Below are positions 18,935 to 33,330 of a DNA stretch of 64,000 nt, one piece after another. The notes below the pieces were generated by a model. That model had not been told where the DNA came from. It did not search any database and worked only from the letters and a program-made list of their open reading frames with translations. A program made the position numbers and the translations under genes. The DNA is taken from the NCBI RefSeq assembly GCF_009914755.1, contig NC_060926.1; one strand, given 5' to 3'. Every line of letters starts with the position of its first letter. Position 1 is the first letter of the stretch. Origin of the DNA: the human T2T-CHM13v2.0 reference genome, Homo sapiens.

Positions 18935-19620
18935 TTGCAAAAATAGTACACAGTACCACGTACCCTCCACGCAGTTCCCCCTAATGTTAACGTCTCGCGT
19001 ACGTAACCGTGGTGCATTTGTCAAAACTATGAGATTAACATTGATTCAATACTATCACCAACTGCAGACTTTCGGTGGATTTCACCAGTTTTCCACTAAT
19101 GCACTTTTACTATTTCCGGATCCAGTCCAGGGCGACCGGGGTGCATTTAGCCATCGTGCCTCCTCCGATGTGAGATGGTTTCTCAGTTCTTTCTCGGTTT
19201 TCATGACCTTGGCCCTTTTGAAAAGCAGTGACGAGGCATTTTGTGGGTGTTCCTCCATTTGGGTTTGTCAGATGTTTTTTTCATGATTAAACTGGAGTTC
19301 TGCATTTTTGGAAAGAATAACATGGCGATGAAGGGCCCTTCCCATCATGTCATATCAGGAGTAGGTAATTTCAACACAATTTATCACTGGTGATATTAAC
19401 CTTGTTTCTTGATTGAAATGATGACTGCAAGGTTTCTCCACGGCAAAGCTGCTATCTCCCTTTCCATACTTTATTTGTTAGAAATGTGTCACTAAGTCCA
19501 GCCCACACTCAAGGGGAGGAAAATTAAGCTCCATTTCGTGGAGGGGAGTTCTCTCCATATATTATTTGCAATTCTTCTGTACAGAACTGTACCTTTGCTT
19601 CCATTTGCTTATTTACAATG
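18935..19620 (-). mobile_element. Old L1 (L1MC-like) 3' fragment
   Basis: Recalled similarity, e.g. ATTTCACCAGTTTTCCACTAATG and CACTAAGTCCAGCCCACACTCAAGGGGAGG. Confidence 0.65.
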
Positions 19621-20147
19621 CATTTTCGTTATCTCCTGTCCCCTCCCTCTAAGCTGAGTGGCTAGGTGAGCCCCTCCCCTGGGGCATGTGCTAAGGGAGA
19701 GCTCCATCCCTGTGCTTTCTCCTTGCATTTCGTGAACTATACCATAATCATTACTTTCCTTGTGAGCTTCCTTACCAAGGGACAGTTTTTAAAAAGTCAT
19801 TTATTTAGTAGTCATCGGCAGGCACCTTTGTCAAGTATTTTTCTGAGCATGATCTCATTTTACTCCCATGATGTCCTGTGGTTATAGTTTCCATCCCCAT
19901 TTTACAGATGAGAAAACAGGCTCAGAGAGGTTAAGCTACTGGCCCAAGGTCACACAGGAACTGTGTCACACCCCTCTCTCCCCAGTGCCCAGCCCAGTGG
20001 CTGGCAGCATATCCGGCTCCAACAGGAACTTGCTTACTGAAGAGCAGCCCACACGTGAATGGGAATAAAAAAGCAAAACAGCAAACTCCCAGGTGGTTGT
20101 CCATCACTGCCTCTGGGAGTTGAGCCTATAGTCAGGGAGTTCAGTGA

Positions 20148-20478
<331 letters not shown>

Positions 20479-21747
20479 TAGGGTTAGTGAAAGGAATGAC
20501 GATTCCGTCCAAACTGTGAGTGCCAGATGATTGCAGACAGGCAGACTGTGCTTCTCTCAGCTCCCCATGCCATGCAGAGTGACCCAGAGTGACCCAACGA
20601 GACCCAGCATGGATCTATGAGTGACACTGAGCCAGGAAGGTGTCCAGGGAGGGGCTGCAGACCAACCTGGGCACGAGGCCTCTTTCTAAGCCCACCCTGG
20701 TTAAGTGCTTTGCCAGTTTCTAGGTGAGGATCAGCCTCAGCCTGCACTGGGCCTACTCAGTAAAGGTTTCCACGGTCTTTGGATTTGGAGCCCCCAATTT
20801 AGGGCAGAGACAAGTATAAACTGACCAAGCAATAGAAGAGATGCCCACATGAGGACTCCTGGGAGGGGCACTGACTGCAGCCTGGGTGGCGGCTCCTGGG
20901 CAGAGGGGGAGCTGCTGTGGCTACGGAACAGGCCAGCAGGAGGAGCCAGTGGTGATGAGTGCCCTGGTGCCAGGAAAGCCCCTGGCAGAGGGCCTGGCCT
21001 GTCTGGGGGAGGCTGGTGACTCCTGGTTCCAATGTGCTCAGCTCTGAGCCAGAGGCCAGCCTGCCTCAGACGGGGCATTTCCTTCAAGTGGTTAAAATTC
21101 GTTTTTGTGCTGAGTCAGGAAGCTAGCCGGCTTGGGCCTCCCCACCTCCAACGCTGAGTGGCACACAGTACCAGTCATCAGCCTAAGCAGAGACCTGGGT
21201 AAGTGCCCCCTGGCTCTGCCCAGGGGACAGGAATGACAGCAGCATCCCAACAGATTCCTGCTCAGGCCCCGCAGGGATCCACACCAAGTCACCCTGTGAG
21301 ATGTTTCTCCACTGGTCACTCTGTCAGTGCCTTGAGCTCCTGGCCTGGCTGGCCCTGCTGCCCTGTCTGCGCTGGTGCCAGCACTATGCTGGGTCACTGG
21401 GGAAGTCGGGCTGGCAACATACCCAGATGCAAGCAGTTGGCTGAGCAGATGGGCTGGGTAGCCACGAGGACCCTTGGAAGCCTGCCCTCCCAGGCCAGTC
21501 GGCGGTTTGTTCTGTTGCCCAGAGACATGCTGGCCTCCTGAGGCTTTCTTCTGGGGCTGCTCCTGGGGCACTCTGTCCAAGAGGTGGCAGGGTGGCACTG
21601 CAGTGTGGTTCGGGGTGGGACTCAGCGTGAGTCTGGAGGCAGGGCATCCAGTCATTCCTCTGCCCACACTTTGAGTAACTAGGACAGGCTGCTTCTGTTC
21701 TCTGTGTCTCCATTTCCCTTTCTGTAAGATGCAGAGATTGGACTAAA

Positions 21748-22233
<486 letters not shown>

Positions 22234-23779
22234 CCTGGACAAAGGCCTAAGCGTCTTCCTAGGCTTATTTCAATTCACTGGGCACCCACCGCATAGGAGG
22301 GGCTTGTGCCAAGAGCTGGAGAATGCAAAGGCGGACGAGGTATGAAGCTGGTACCAAAAGGGCACCTCTGTTTCCTGGGTGGCTACCTCCTAGCTGTCCT
22401 TAACACCCAGCTCAAATGATGTCTTCTTTGGGCACTGTCCCAGACCAGCCCTCCCACCAGTTCCTCAGACACGAGTAATCGGGTCCCACCTCTTCCCCCG
22501 ACGCCTGTGCCAGCACGGCTCTTGGTATATAGGATGTACCATTGTTTGTGAGTCAGTTTCCTGCTGAACAGTAGGGATGGGAAGGGCCGAGGGTGGCTCC
22601 TGTTCCTCCACGGTCCCACAGCCCTGAGCACCAAGGGGTCCCATTCCCCAACATAGACTGTACTAGCCCAGCCTCTGCAAGGCCCCTGCCAAGTGCCCAT
22701 GTCCTCAAAGAAGCTTTCAGGGCCCACTACACCCATAGCCCCATTCTGGGGCTTTCCTTTGGCAAAAGTTGCAGATTGGGCCATGTGGCCCCCCTACTCT
22801 GAGCCTAAAAGCCTAAGCCAACCTGGTTCTCCCTCTTGGGAGGTTTGAAGACGTATCGCACAGTGAGGTTGTAGCGCAGCCTGGAGACACAGAAAGAAGG
22901 CCGAGTGCAGCCACTGAGGCAGCCAGAACCACGTGGCAGGAGGTGTGTCCAGTGTGGGGAGGGGTATGGCAGCCACAGCAGGAACAAACTGCACTGGCCT
23001 CCTCACCCTCCCTGGAGTGATGGGACTGAGCACCCCCTTTTGTGCCTGGTGGGAGCTGCCCACAGCCCCCGACTCTGGGCCAGCTTACAAGGACTCAGCA
23101 TGTGCTCTTAGCAGCCTCTTTTCCAGGGGCAGGCAGCTGGGACAAAGCAGCACTGGACCCGAGCTGGAGGGATGGATCCCGGGCCCTCCACTCACTGGCC
23201 GACAATGACGGGCAAGTGGCTTCACCTCTCGTCCCTCAGTGACTTCATCTATAAATGGGGCTGAAATCAGGGAATCAAAAGGCATGAAGAGCTAGCCCCT
23301 AGCATGACACTTGGCCTACTTTTGGTATTTAATAAACGTCTTCTGACCTGGTCCTCCTTCGTACCTCAACCACATCAGACACAGCGTCATGATGATTTTT
23401 CCCCTGAGCAAAGTGGCTTTGTGTGAAGTTGCTAGGCCTGAGTTTCCCCATCTAAAATACGCAGGTTGACCTGGATGATCTGTGCCTCAGCTACACCTAC
23501 AGACCTCTCTGCTCACCATCATGAGTGCCCCTAGCAAAGGGAGACAGGGGCCCTGGGGTGTTGGGAGGAATGGACACTCAATTTCCAGTCAGGCATTGAA
23601 CAGGTCAGTGGATTAGTGGGTCTGTGATTCATTCATCCATCCATTTTGTCAACCATTTGTTAGGTCATTTGTCAACCAGCCAGCCAGCCCAGTGGCTGGT
23701 CAGCTCACAGCATATTCTGGTCCTTGTACTGCTTCCAGCCCAGTAAACTCAACCAAAGAGAAAGAGAACAGAAGAATGA

Positions 23780-24420
23780 GAATAAACAAACTCCAACTGC
23801 CCACAACAACACACTGAGTGAAAGAAGCCAGACCCCAAACTGAACATACTGTATGATTTTCTTTGTATTATAAAAGTGTCACACACACACAAAAAGTGTC
23901 AGTACATCCAAAACCAACCGAAAGTGTCAGAAGCCATGATAAGGATTATCCTATGCAGGGGATCAGGGAAACGGTAAGTAGTGACTGGACGGCAGCTCAT
24001 GGGGCTTTTGGGATTCTGGTAATATTCTGTTTCTAAATCTGGGTGCTGGTGACACAGTGTTTGCCTAGCGAAAATTCATTGAATTGTACATTTAAGTTTT
24101 TACACTTTCCTGTATCTACGCTATGCTATAGTTCAATAAAAATTTACCCAAAAAAATAATAAAAGAAAGAAAAGAAAAGCAAGAAAAAGCAAGGAAATGC
24201 ACAGAGCAGTTAACTCAGCAATTCCAGTTCTAAGAGCTGCTTATCCTGTAGTTATCCTTCCAGGTGGGCAAATGATGGAGGGGCATGATGTTCCTGGAAA
24301 ACTGGAAACCTAAAAGTCTTGGTTATTCAACCAGAATGTTAAATAAACAACACATCCATATGATGGAATATTACTTAACCATTACAAAGTATGATCGTTA
24401 TGTACCAATTGCAATAAGCC
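23780..24420 (+). mobile_element. Old L1 (L1ME-like) 3' fragments
   Basis: CTGAGTGAAAGAAGCCAGAC...ATACTGTATGATT and GAAAATTCATTGAATTGTACA...CAATAAAA followed by an A-rich tail. Confidence 0.7.
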
Positions 24421-25055
24421 CTTAGACTGAAAAGTCAGTAAGTGAGCCCAGGAGGTATACAGCACTACCCTCTGTAGCAGCAAGCGTGCATAGCCACAGG
24501 CTCTCTCTGGAACGACACAGGAGAAAGTGGTGGCATTCTGGCCTGCAGGCTCACGCTCTCCCCTTAGGGGATGTTATCTGTGGCCACATCCAGTCTGCCT
24601 GCCAGACCATGCTCTTCCCGAGGGTCTACGGAGCCTGGTGCCAGTAGTCTTAGTTCAGTCTCCAAGTGAATGATTCGCAATAGTCTGTAGCTTACAAATT
24701 GCCATCCCTCTGACTGCGGGCAGGGCCAGATTCAGGGGTTTGGCGACGACCACAGACTGTCTGTCCATCTGGAAGATGGGCTAGATGTGCGCAGAACAGG
24801 GGCTCATGGCTGAAGAGGGCACAGTTCCCACATGCGCCTGCTGTCCAAGGAGCAGAAACAGACCCTGGGGCAAGAGAAGCCAGAGTGCCAGTTCAGGGAG
24901 AGCTGCTGCCGCCTTCTGTCCTGCAGGAAAGAAGACTTGGCAAGGTCACACCGGCAAAACAAGGATTTGTATGCAGGTCTGACTCCAAAGCCCGGGCATG
25001 CTGCCTTCTGCAGAGGCCAATCAGGGAGGGCTTCACTGGGGAGTCATATGCAGTC

Positions 25056-26258
<1,203 letters not shown>

Positions 26259-27930
26259 CCTGAGTTCAGTTTTTTTAAGGACACAATTAGAGGTGCTCAC
26301 GGGATGTTCAAGCAGGGAGGCTGGTGGATACCTTCGATTCGCTCGTTCACCTACGTGGACTTATTAAACAGCCAGGCTCCCTGGCCTTGGGAGAGTCCTT
26401 CTGGTGGGGAGACAGATGATAAATAACTGAAGTAATGGAAAAGGGGCAGTTCAAGAAAAGTGTTGTGGAGGAAGAAAACAAGAAAGCCCGCCAGAAGGGG
26501 ACTGGAGGTCGGCCCCGAGGGTGTGTCCGCTAGAGGGGGCCTCTCCAGGTGGACTGCGGGTGAGAGTAAAGGGGGCATGTGGGGGAAAAGCATTCTAGGG
26601 AACAGCAAGTGCGAGGACCTGGAGACGGCAGAGGGGCTGGTGGGACAGGCGCCCAAGAGGAGGCCCAGGCTGTCCCTCCGGGGCGTGGGGAGAGGCATGG
26701 GGCTGGGTCCCTGCAGGAGCTCACAAGCCACAGTGGGGAGCAGAAGCGTTACGCTGAGTACAGTGGGAGCCACTGAAAGGGTTAAAGACCCCTGGGGGTG
26801 CTGAGTGGGAAGAGGCTCTGGGAGCTGGAGTGGACGCAGGGAGACCAGTTATAAGGCGAATGCAGGAGTCCAGGCAAAAGAGAATATTCCAGTGTGTATC
26901 TTAAGACTTAACTTTTTACACACAGAACACCCTGCGCCCCTCTCAGAGCCTCCGGGGTCTTCATGCGAGCAGTTTATCACGGTTCTTTCGTCTTAAACCC
27001 TCTTACTATTTCAGCAAACACCCTCTCCTCAGCCTGGTCAACCCCTCTGCCCAACCCGAGTGGGCCCCGAAGGAACAAGTGGGGACCAGAGTCCTGCTCA
27101 TGTGAGTGGTGGGGCCCGGCCCGTTCCCCTAAGACCAGAATTCTCTCGCTCAGAGCAAAGCCCCGGGGTGCCGGGATTCTCTCTCTGCTCCCGCTCCCTG
27201 GATGGAGCTTTTAAAAAAGGAGGATTCCTCACTGCGGCCTCTGCCCCTTGCACTGAGCGCCAACCCGCATCACAGCTCAGCAAAGGCGCGCGCAGTGAAC
27301 AGACGGAGGAGGGGTGGCTCCTCGCTGAGCTGAAGGCTGCGGCGACGAAAATAAACAGCATGGTTCCTGCTCTCCACGAACCTGGCGCTGCAGACGTGGG
27401 CAAACCACACCAAGAGACGCGAGCAACCGAAATATAGGGAGGAAAAAAAAAGGTGCCCTGGACAGCGGGCTAGATGTCTCCTGCAGGCTCGAGGACTTCC
27501 CGGAGGGGGCGGCGTTTTCTCGGGGCCTGGGAAGAATGGGCGGGTTTCAGCGGGCGCCTTCTGGGTGACTGCCCGTTTCGGCTTCCCCTGACCCCGTAAC
27601 AGAGCGGAAGAGGCCCAGAGACGCCAGAGGAGGGGCGTCAGCGGGACACTCAGGCCAATAAGCTCTGACTCCCGCTGTCTGCAAAAATGACCGGATGCAG
27701 GAATGTCACCTAGAACCGGCCAGCTTTCCGACCTCTCCGGTCAAGGACGCATTCCTAAGAGACGAAGGGAGAATGACAGAAGTTAAAAACAACCAAACAA
27801 AAGCCAGGTTGAGGCCTCTAGGTGGGTCTCCGCTACCGATGGATTCAGCCGGTGGGGCTGCAGGAGGTTCCTATAAGCGTGGTCCCCTCTCCCCGCACCG
27901 AGTCCGGCCCCGGCCCTGGGATTTCCCCAG

Positions 27931-28040
27931 CCGCCGCCGCCGCCCCGCCCCCTCCGCCCCGCCGCCCCCGCCGCCCCGCCGCCCCCGCCGCCCCCGCCGC
28001 CCCCTCCGCCCCCGCCGCCCCCTCCGCCCCCTCCGCCCCG
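27931..28040. repeat. (CCG)4 followed by about 11 units of CCGCCCC(C)(G/T)
   Basis: 110 bp with no A and only four T, read directly. Confidence 0.92.
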
Positions 28041-28397
28041 CTTGCCCCTGGCGCCGCTGCGACCTTTCCCTTACTTTCCAGGGCCTCAGGCCCCGCCCCT
28101 CGCTCCGACCAAAACACGTGCCGCGTCCCGCCCTGCCCGATCACGCCGCGGCCAGGCTCCGATCACGCGGCCCCCCGCGGCGCTCATTGGCCGGCCGGGC
28201 ACGGGCCGGGCACGAATTGGCTGGTGGTGGCCGGCCCCGCCCCGGCAGGGGCGCGGTGTATTTTGGTTCGCCTCCGCGCCCCGCCCCGCCAGCCGCTCCC
28301 TCCGCGGCCGCCCCGCCCCTCCCGCGCCGCGAGGGCCGCGCCGGGGCAGAGCCGCGCGGGCGGGCGAGGCGCGTGCCGGCCGCAGGAGCTCCGGGTT

Positions 28398-28415
28398 GCC
28401 GCCGCCGCCGCCGCC
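28398..28415 (+). repeat. (GCC)6 in the probable KLF11 5' UTR
   Basis: Read directly; about 80 nt upstream of the ATG. Confidence 0.85.
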
Positions 28416-28492
28416 CGCAGCCCACGTGCGGCCGCTGCTGCGCCCGAGCTCACGCCCCGCGGCCGCTTTGTTGCTCCCGGCCGGCCTGCACG

Positions 28493-28534
28493 ATGCACAC
28501 GCCGGACTTCGCAGGCCCAGACGACGCGCGCGCA
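28493..28534 (+). CDS. KLF11: Kruppel-like factor 11 (TIEG2), coding exon 1: MHTPDFAGPDDARA
   Basis: ATG at 28493, 14 codons, donor GTGAGT at 28535; matches the known KLF11 N-terminus and joins exon 2 in phase 0. Confidence 0.96.
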
Positions 28535-28820
28535 GTGAGTGGTGGGGCTGCCGCGGCGGGACTACTCGTCTGAGCGAGGGGCGAGGCGGGGGAAGTGGTG
28601 CGGCACTCGCGCGCCTGTAAATGCGGGAGGTGGGGCGTGCAGGGCTTCGCTGCGGCCGCGCCGGTAGGGGCCTGGGCGGGCTCCGGAGCCGGGCGGGGCG
28701 GCGGCCGCGACGGGCGCGCCCGGGTCGGCGGGGGCGAGGAGGGGGCGTGTTCCCCGCGCAGCTTTGTCTTGCGCTTCCTGGGCGGCCCCGCCCCGCTGGC
28801 CCCGCGGCTATTTCCAGCCA

Positions 28821-28828
28821 TGACGTCA
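28821..28828. promoter_or_regulatory. Palindromic CRE (TGACGTCA) in KLF11 intron 1
   Basis: Exact consensus inside the CpG island; function not shown. Confidence 0.55.
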
Positions 28829-29585
28829 CCCCGGTCCTGTGAGCCGGACGGCCGTTGGGCGGGGGAGCGGCTGGCGGGAACGCGGCACGCGGCCTTGGGG
28901 GCGGGGCACGCGGCCGTCGGGCGGGTTAAGAGCGGCTAGCGGTAGTGCCGCTCGGGCCTGGGGGCGGGGCAAGGTCTAGGGGCCGGGGCAACGACGGGAG
29001 GCGGGAGCGCCGCACTGCCTTGGAGGCGGGGCAACGCTTGGAGGCGGGAACGCGGCACGCGAGCGTTGGGGGCCCTAAGCGTCGCGACCTGGGGGCTTCG
29101 GGGAGGTAGCCGTGGACGTGGGCAGAGCGCGGGCCTCGTGGTGTGCGGGCACTGTGGGCCGGGCGAGCCCCTTCCCGCCCGTGTGGTGAGTCGGCCTCGG
29201 CGCCCGGTTCTGTGACATCACAGGGGGTTTAGTGGCGCAGCCTGCGGGACAGAGGCCGGGGATTTGAGGTGGCCTCGTCTTGTTTGATCTCGGGGAACCT
29301 CGGCAGACGGAAAGCTTTGATGCTTTGGTGCATGGCAGATAGAGAGGAAACGTGTATCTTCGTACATTTAAAGTTTCCTTTCCTTTTTTTTTTTTTTTGA
29401 TAGGGAGTCTCGCTCTATCGCCCAGGCCGGAGTGCAGTGGGCGCGCGATCTCGGCCCACTGTAACCTCCCTGGGAGGGAGGGGTATTACTCTTCTCAGAG
29501 TAATATCACCCTCTCGCCCCCGGCTTAGTTTTCTTTTGGAAGAGATCAGCTCATTCCAGCCTCTTCCCTCCTCCCCTCCAGATTA

Positions 29586-30243
<658 letters not shown>

Positions 30244-30884
30244 CTGCAAAGAGATCCTCTCCGGGTTCGCGGCAGGTTGGCTTCTTGTCACCACCTGCTA
30301 GCCTTGGGACAGTAACAGATGACTTCCACTCCCGAATCTGTGGAGGGAACTGGTGGAATCGCCATGGGCCCTACCTGCGTGGAGTGCTGGAAGCCTAGGC
30401 GGAAGGCCCCAGAGTCCCTGAGAGCATCTGTAGGGACACTGCTTTGGCGGCTTTGCCGCCTCAGAGAGCCATGGTCAGGGCGCCGCGGCCACTGGCAGAC
30501 CGACTAGATGGCCTCAGTGTTGGCTCCTCCTCCCTGGGCAGCTGCTCCTCCTCCCAGCCACTTTTTGGCTTGAACCTCAGGAGTTAATTTTATTAATCAT
30601 TTACCCAAGAAAAATATGAACTTAGTAGCCCTTTTTAAGAGTCAGGATTTTTGGTGGCAACGCTTGCCAGCTTAGTTCTGTCTGTGAAATGTTGGCTTAA
30701 AAGCCGAATTGTCATGAGCATTCCTTGAATGTCTTTTACTACACCTCGGTGTTTGTTGCTATAGACTATTGCATGTGCATTACATGCCTACTGTAGGCTT
30801 CTGATATGCATATCCACATGCCCATCATGGGTGGCCTCTGTATTTCCCCTGCACTGAGAAGCCGTTGTGTTGTGTCGCCTTTAG

Positions 30885-31154
30885 GTTGACATCATGGACA
30901 TATGTGAGTCCATCCTGGAGAGGAAGCGGCATGACAGCGAAAGGTCTACTTGCAGCATCTTGGAGCAGACAGACATGGAAGCTGTCGAGGCTCTTGTTTG
31001 TATGAGCTCCTGGGGTCAAAGATCCCAGAAAGGTGACCTGTTGCGGATAAGACCCCTCACGCCTGTCTCTGACTCTGGGGATGTCACCACCACTGTGCAT
31101 ATGGATGCAGCCACACCTGAACTACCAAAAGACTTCCATTCTTTATCGACTCTG
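30885..31154 (+). CDS. KLF11: KLF11 coding exon 2 (aa 15-104), containing the Sin3-interaction helix [12 protein letters not shown]
   Basis: Acceptor TTTAG at 30884, 270 nt, donor GTAAGA at 31155. Codon 62 is CAG (Gln) at 31026-31028. Confidence 0.97.
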
Positions 31155-31308
31155 GTAAGAGGAGGTGGGAGGGAGGAGCGTTTTTGTGAAATGACTAGAG
31201 TAGCTGAACTCAGTGTGTTGAAGAACTTGTGAGAAGATTCCCTGGGATGCTGGCAAATAAGTTGCGTATCCTCTCTGTGTGGGTCTGAAGGAGTAGAAAC
31301 TCTTCCTT

Positions 31309-31677
<369 letters not shown>

Positions 31678-32384
31678 CTACGTGGTTAATGTCCGTGGGA
31701 TGAAACCTACAGATTAATGTGAGAAAGTGAAATTTACTTCCCCAGGGGAATCTCGGGGTGGAGCTTAGGTTCTCCAGCCTAGTGTCAGAATATATCGGTA
31801 GCAGCTGGAGAAAGCATGTACTTTGACATCAGATTGCCTTCGTTGGGTGGCACCTCTGCCCTCCCGTGGCAGCCGACTCCTTAATGTGAGTTCTGTGAGT
31901 TGGGTGCAGTAAGTCACTCTTGCTTTTTGTTTTTTTAATTTGCTACATCTGTGAAAGTACTTGGAAAAATTGCATCTCAGCTTGGAGAAGCTGAGAACTG
32001 TAGGTTGCTAACAGAAGTGGAAATTGTGATTGTCCTGGGCTGGAAGCTTGCTCTGAAAGAAGAGTGTAGAAAGCAGATTTGGAGAGGGATAGGAAGGGCC
32101 TGTGGGTTGTCGGGAGGGTTGCAGAAGTGGTGGGCCTGGCGGCCAGGAGCTCCTCTCAGAGTTCCCTGCACTGGGCTCTTGTGTAGGTTTGGGAGAGGTA
32201 AACACGTTGGGAATAAGCTGAGAAAGCAGAGTGCCTCATGCAGCCTTGAAACCCACTGGGATGTTGAAAACAGGGTTAACTGAGTGTCTAGATGATTCTG
32301 TGTAAAGGTATTGGGAGCATTGTGATGAATTAAATCCCTTTTAAAATTTAAAGCAACCTTTTAACATGGTACTTTTTTTTTTAG

Positions 32385-33330
32385 TGCATAACTCCTCCTC
32401 AGAGCCCTGATCTCGTGGAGCCATCGACAAGGACACCTGTTTCTCCCCAAGTAACAGATTCCAAAGCATGTACAGCCACGGATGTTCTCCAGTCCTCTGC
32501 CGTAGTGGCCAGAGCTCTGAGCGGGGGCGCGGAGAGGGGCTTGCTGGGTTTGGAGCCAGTGCCCAGCTCTCCCTGCAGGGCCAAGGGGACTAGCGTGATC
32601 CGACACACTGGGGAGAGCCCTGCTGCCTGCTTTCCCACCATCCAGACTCCAGATTGCCGGCTTTCTGACAGCAGAGAAGGAGAAGAGCAGCTTCTGGGAC
32701 ACTTTGAAACTTTGCAGGACACACACCTCACGGACAGTTTACTCAGCACTAACTTGGTGTCCTGTCAGCCCTGCTTGCACAAGTCTGGTGGCCTGCTGCT
32801 CACTGACAAAGGCCAGCAGGCAGGGTGGCCTGGTGCAGTTCAGACTTGCTCACCAAAGAATTATGAAAATGACCTGCCCAGGAAAACCACCCCTCTGATT
32901 TCTGTCTCTGTCCCTGCTCCCCCTGTCCTTTGCCAGATGATCCCTGTGACTGGACAAAGTAGCATGTTACCAGCTTTTTTGAAGCCCCCTCCCCAGTTGT
33001 CTGTGGGGACTGTGAGACCCATCCTAGCTCAGGCTGCTCCAGCGCCTCAACCTGTGTTCGTGGGACCTGCTGTGCCTCAGGGAGCTGTGATGTTGGTCCT
33101 GCCCCAGGGAGCCCTCCCTCCGCCTGCCCCCTGTGCAGCCAATGTCATGGCTGCCGGGAATACCAAGTTGTTGCCCCTTGCCCCTGCTCCAGTGTTCATC
33201 ACCTCTAGCCAAAACTGTGTCCCTCAGGTAGACTTTTCCCGAAGGAGGAACTATGTTTGCAGCTTCCCAGGTTGCCGGAAGACCTACTTCAAAAGTTCCC
33301 ACCTTAAGGCCCATCTTCGCACTCACACAG
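32385..33330 (+). CDS. KLF11: KLF11 coding exon 3 (aa 105-420): CITPPQSP motif, Pro-rich repression region and C2H2 finger 1
   Basis: Poly-T/AG acceptor, 946 nt, donor GTAAGC at 33331. Encodes [27 protein letters not shown], the Sp/KLF finger 1 signature. Confidence 0.97.

Larger units (their letters stand above)
27230..29310. promoter_or_regulatory. KLF11: CpG island / KLF11 promoter, exon 1 and start of intron 1
   Basis: Very high GC and CpG density, many GC boxes, CCAAT at 27655, ATTGG at 28186 and 28216, CACGTG at 28115 and 28423, TGACGTCA at 28821. Confidence 0.92.

Noticed and set aside
27822-28939. Long Ala/Pro/Arg-rich ORFs on both strands (238, 247, 192 aa and others)
   Set aside because: Stop-codon scarcity in the CpG island; overlapping frames and low complexity.
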